From positions 10,416,001 to 10,480,000 of the forward strand of contig OZ059897.1 in assembly GCA_964057225.1 (NCBI GenBank): 64,000 nucleotides of DNA. Reading direction: 5' to 3'. The stretch comes from Auanema rhodensis. Its lineage: Eukaryota; Animalia; Nematoda. The notes below the pieces were generated by a model. The model was given only the letters and a program-made list of their open reading frames with translations, made no database searches and had not been told where the DNA came from. The position numbers and the translations under genes were made by a program. This document shows, piece by piece, positions 58,301-64,000 of the stretch; the stretch's first letter is position 1; each line of letters starts with the position of its first letter.

Positions 58301-61300
58301 ACACAGAAATTGAAGAATCTTAGTTCAATTCAGTAACAATGAACACACTAACTTTGTTAAGTTGTTGTAATATCGGCCCAAGTAATATAGTGGTTAGTAC
58401 TCCACGTTGTGGCCGTGGCGACACAGATTCGATTCTTGTCTTGGACATTTTTTGTTTTGAAATTAAAATGCTATAAACATATTGCTTGCTTGTCATGTTA
58501 GATTTCTTTAATTCAAATACATATTTAAGTTCTAACAATTTTTGATTTAATCACGTTCAATTAACTGTATTGTTTTCAAAAATAAAGACATCTTTCAATT
58601 TCTGTTCATTGAATTAAAATTTTCATGTTGTCACACAGAAATTGAAGATTCTTAGTTCAATTCAGTAACAATGAACACACTAACTTTGTTAAGTTGTTGT
58701 GATATCGGCCCAAGTAATATAGTGGTTAGTACTCCACGTTGTGGCCGTGGCGACACAGATTCGATTCCTTTCTTGGGCATTTTTTGTTTTGAAATTAAAA
58801 TGCTACAAAATTATTGCGTGCTTGTCATGTTAGATTTCTTTAATTTGAATACTTATTTAAGTTATAACAATTTTCGATTTAATCACGTTCAATCAACTGT
58901 ATTGTTTTCAAAAATAAAGACAAAATTCAATTTCTGTTCATTGAATTAGAATTTTCATGTTGTCACACAGAAATTGAAGAATCTTAGTTCAATTCAGTAA
59001 CAACGAACACACTAACTTTGTTAAGTTGTTGTAATATCGGCCCAAGTAATATAGTGGTTAGTACTCCACGTTGTGGCCGTGGCGACACAGATTCGATTCC
59101 TATTTTGGGCATTTTTTGTTTTGAAATTGAAAAGCTATAAAATTATTGCTTGCTTGTCATGTTAAATTTCTTTAATTTGAATACTTATTTAAGTTCTAAC
59201 AATTTTTGATTTAATCACGTTCAATTAACTGTATTGTTTTCAAAAATGAAGACAAAATTCAATTTCTGTTCATTGAATTAGAATTTTCATGTTGTCACAC
59301 AGAAATTGAAGAATCTTAGTTCAATTCAGTAACAACGAACACACTAACTTTGTTAAGTTGTTGTAATATCGGCCCAAGTAGTATAGTGGTTAGTACTCCA
59401 CGTTGTGGCCGTGGCGACACAGATTCGATTTCTGTTTTGGGCATTTTTTGTTTTGAAATTTAAATGCTATAAAATAATTGCTTGCTTGTCATGTTAGATT
59501 TCTTTAATTTGAATACTTATTCAAGTTATAACAATTTTTGATTTAATCACGTTCAATTAACTGTATTGTTTTCAAAAATAAAGACAAAATTCAATTTCTG
59601 TTCATTGAATTAGAATTTTCATGTTGTCACACAGAAATTGAAGAATCTTAGTTCAATTCAGTAACAATGAACACACTAACTTTGTTAAGTTGTTGTAATA
59701 TCGGCCCAAGTAATATAGTGGTTAGTACTCCACGTTGTGGCCGTGGCGACACAGATTCGATTCCTGTCTTGGACATTTTTTGTTTTGAAATTAAAATGCT
59801 ATAAACATATTGCTTGCTTGTCATGTTAGATTTCTTTAATTCAAATACATATTTAAGTTCTAACAATTTTTGATTTAATCACGTTCAATTAACTGTATTG
59901 TTTTCAAAAATAAAGACATCTTTCAATTTCTGTTCATTGAATTAGAATTTTCATGTTGTCACACAGAAATTGAAGATTCTTAGTTCAATTCAGTAACAAT
60001 GAACACACTAACTTTGTTAAGTTGTTGTGATATCGGCCCAAGTAATATAGTGGTTAGTACTCCACGTTGTGGCCGTGGCGACACAGATTCGATTCCTTTC
60101 TTGGGCATTTTTTGTTTTGAAATTAAAATGCTACAAAATTATTGCTTGCTTGTCGTGTTAAATTTCTTTAATTTGAATACTTATTTAAGTTATAACAATT
60201 TTCGATTTAATCACGTTCAATCAACTGTATTGTTTTCAAAAATAAAGACAAAATTCAATTTCTGTTCATTGAATTAGAATTTTCATGTTGTCACACAGAA
60301 ATTGAAGAATCTTAGTTCAATTCAGTAACAATGAACACACAAACTTTGTTAAGTTGTTGTAATATCGGCCCAAGTAATATAGTGGTTAGTACTCCACGTT
60401 GTGGCCGTGGCGACACAGATTCGATTCCTATTTTGGGCATTTTTTGTTTTGAAATTTAAAAGCTATAAAATTATTGCTTGCTTGTCATGTTAAATTTCTT
60501 TAATTTGAATACTTATTTAAGTTCTAACAATTTTTGATTTAATCACGTTCAATTAACTGTATTGTTTTCAAAAATGAAGACAAAATTCAATTTCTGTTCA
60601 TTGAATTAGAATTTTCATGTTGTCACACAGAAATTGAAGATTCTTAGTTCAATTCAGTAACAATGAACACACTAACTTTGTTAAGTTGTTGTGATATCGG
60701 CCCAAGTAATATAGTGGTTAGTACTCCACGTTGTGGCCGTGGCGACACAGATTCGATTCCTTTCTTGGGCATTTTTTGTTTTGAAATTAAAATGCTACAA
60801 AATTATTGCTTGCTTGTCGTGTTAAATTTCTTTAATTTGAATACTTATTTAAGTTATAACAATTTTCGATTTAATCACGTTCAATCAACTGTATTGTTTT
60901 CAAAAATAAAGACAAAATTCAATTTCTGTTCATTGAATTAGAATTTTCATGTTGTCACACAGAAATTGAAGAATCTTAGTTCAATTCAGTAACAATGAAC
61001 ACACAAACTTTGTTAAGTTGTTGTAATATCGGCCCAAGTAATATAGTGGTTAGTACTCCACGTTGTGGCCGTGGCGACACAGATTCGATTCCTGTTTTGG
61101 GTATTTTTTGTTTTGAAATTTAAATGCTATAAAATTATTGCTTGCTTGTCATGTTAGATTTCTTTAATTTGAATACTTATTCAAGTTATAACATTTTTCG
61201 ATTTAATCACGTTCAATCAACTGTATTGTTTTCAAAAATAAAGACAAAATTCAATTTCTGTTCATTGAATTAGAATTTTCATGTTGTCACACAGAAATTG

Positions 61301-64000
61301 AAGAATCTTAGTTCATTTCAGTAACAATGAACACACTAACTTTGTTAAGTTGTTGTAATATCGGCCCAAGTAGTATAGTGGTTAGTACTCCACGTTGTGG
61401 CCGTGGCGACACAGATTCGATTACTGTCTTGGACATTTTTTGTTTTGAAATTAAAATGCTATAAACATATTGCTTGCTTGTCATGTTAGATTTCTTTAAT
61501 TCAAATACATATTTAAGTTCTAACAATTTTTGATTTAATCACGTTCAATTAACTGTATTGTTTTCAAAAATAAAGACATCTTTCAATTTCTGTTCATTGA
61601 ATTAAAATTTTCATGTTGTCACACAGAAATTGAAGATTCTTAGTTCAATTCAGTAACAATGAACACACTAACTTTGTTAAGTTGTTGTGATATCGGCCCA
61701 AGTAATATAGTGGTTAGTACTCCACGTTGTGGCCGTGGCGACACAGATTCGATTCCTTTCTTGGGCATTTTTTGTTTTGAAATTAAAATGCTACAAAATT
61801 ATTGCGTGCTCGTCATGTTAGATTTCTTTAATTTGAATACTTATTTAAGTTATAACAATTTTCGATTTAATCACGTTCAATCAACTGTATTGTTTTCAAA
61901 AATAAAGACAAAATTCAATTTCTGTTCATTGAATTAGAATTTTCATGTTGTCACACAGAAATTGAAGAATCTTAGTTCAATTCAGTAACAACGAACACAC
62001 TAACTTTGTTAAGTTGTTGTAATATCGGCCCAAGTAATATAGTGGTTAGTACTCCACGTTGTGGCCGTGGCGACACAGATTCGATTCCTGTTTTGGGCAT
62101 TTTTTGTTTTGAAATTTAAAAGCTATAAAATTATTGCTTGCTTGTCATGTTAAATTTCTTTAATTTGAATACTTATTTAAGTTCTAACAATTTTTGATTT
62201 AATCACGTTCAATTAACTGTATTGTTTTCAAAAATGAAGACAAAATTCAATTTCTGTTCATTGAATTAGAATTTTCATGTTGTCACACAGAAATTGAAGA
62301 ATCTTAGTTCAATTCAGTAACAATGAACACACTAACTTTGTTAAGTTGTTGTAATATCGGCCCAAGTAGTATACTGGTTAGTACTCCACGTTGTGGCCGT
62401 GGCGACACAGATTCGATTCCTGTCTTGGGCATTTTTTGTTTTGAAATTAAAATGCTATAAACATATTGCTTGCTTGTCATGTTAGATTTCTTTAATTCAA
62501 ATACATATTTAAGTTCTAACAATTTTTGATTTAATCACGTTCAATCAACTGTATTGTTTTCAAAAATAAAGACAAAATTCAATTTCTGATCATTGAATTA
62601 GAATTTTCATGTTGTCACACAGAAATTGAAGAATCTTAGTTCAATTCAGTAACAACGAACACACTAACTTTGTTAAGTTGTTGTAATATCGGCCCAAGTA
62701 ATATAGTGGTTAGTACTCCACGTTGTGGCCGTGGCGACACAGATTCGATTCCTGTTTTGGGCATTTTTTGTTTTGAAATTTAAATGCTATAAAATAATTG
62801 CTTGCTTGTCATGTTAGATTTCTTTAATTTGAATACTTATTCAAGTTATAACAATTTTTGATTTAATCACGTTCAATTAATTGTATTGTTTTCAAAAATA
62901 AAGACAAAATTCAATTTCTGTTCATTGAATTAGAATTTTCATGTTGTCACACAGAAATTGAAGAATCTTAGTTCAATTCAGTAACAATGAACACACTAAC
63001 TTTGTTAAGTTGTTGTAATATCGGCCCAAGTAATATAGTGGTTAGTACTCCACGTTGTGGCCGTGGCGACACAGATTCGATTCCTGTCTTGGACATTTTT
63101 TGTTTTGAAATTAAAATGCTATAAACATATTGCTTGCTTGTCATGTTAGATTTCTTTAATTCAAATACATATTTAAGTTCTAACAATTTTTGATTTAATC
63201 ACGTTCAATTAACTGTATTGTTCTCAAAAATAAAGACATCTTTCAATTTCTGTTCATTGAATTAGAATTTTCATGTTGTCACACAGAAATTGAAGATTCT
63301 TAGTTCAATTCAGTAACAATGAACACACTAACTTTGTTAAGTTGTTGTAATATCGGCCCAAGTAATATAGTGGTTAGTACTCCACGTTGTGGCCGTGGCG
63401 ACACAGATTCGATTCCTGTCTTGGACATTTTTTGTTTTGAAATTAAAATGCTATAAACATATTGCTTGCTTGTCATGTTAGATTTCTTTAATTCAAATAC
63501 ATATTTAAGTTCTAACAATTTTTGATTTAATCACGTTCAATTAACTGTATTGTTTTCAAAAATAAAGACATCTTTCAATTTCTGTTCATTGAATTAGAAT
63601 TTTCATGTTGTCACACAGAAATTGAAGATTCTTAGTTCAATTCAGTAACAATGAACACACTAACTTTGTTAAGTTGTTGTGATATCGGCCCAAGTAATAT
63701 AGTGGTTAGTACTCCACGTTGTGGCCGTGGCGACACAGATTCGATTCCTTTCTTGGGCATTTTTTGTTTTGAAATTTAAATGCTATAAAATAATTGCTTG
63801 CTTGTCATGTTAGATTTCTTTAATTTGAATACTTATTCAAGTTATAACAATTTTTGATTTAATCACGTTCAATTAACTGTATTGTTTTCAAAAATAAAGA
63901 CAAAATTCAATTTCTGTTCATTGAATTAGAATTTTCATGTTGTCACACAGAAATTGAAGAATCTTAGTTCAATTCAGTAACAACGAACACACTAACTTTG
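46361..64000 (+). repeat. tRNA-His array, segment 3 (~53 copies, 332 bp unit)
   Basis: First tRNA at 46424, last at ~63688; array continues past the window end. Confidence 0.96.
52060..63770 (+). pseudogene. Run of probably non-functional tRNA-His copies
   Basis: Essentially every copy has B-box G53A; most also have G10A and a further stem change (CTTGGAC, TTTTGGG, CCTTTC, CCTATT). Confidence 0.7.

Noticed and set aside
32969-63518. Recurrent 62-92 aa ORFs (MNTLTLLSCC..., MLELKYVF...), also the ORF at 971-1162
   Set aside because: Chance frames running through the tRNA and spacer on either strand; they appear and vanish with single-base variants.

Overview
AT-rich eukaryotic DNA, probably from a nematode (inferred). 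The window is a head-to-tail tandem array of about 128 tRNA-His(GUG) genes in a 329-332 bp unit, split into three segments by two LTR retroelements, both on the minus strand. Element 1 (19078-30835) is a Ty3/Gypsy element with an unusual layout. One reading frame runs Gag, then a herpesvirus gB-like class III fusion glycoprotein, then PR-RT-RH-IN, so env lies between gag and pol; a single in-frame TAA interrupts it. It also has CG...CG LTR termini, a 56-bp internally deleted 3' LTR, a tRNA-Gln PBS and a putative spliced antisense accessory gene in its leader. Element 2 (36600-46360) is a BEL/Pao element with gag-pol, a phlebovirus Gc-like class II env and a downstream zinc-knuckle ORF. The tRNA copies encode G-1, form higher-order repeat blocks and decay towards pseudogenes from left to right. 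Family assignments come from motif recognition by eye; no database search was run.
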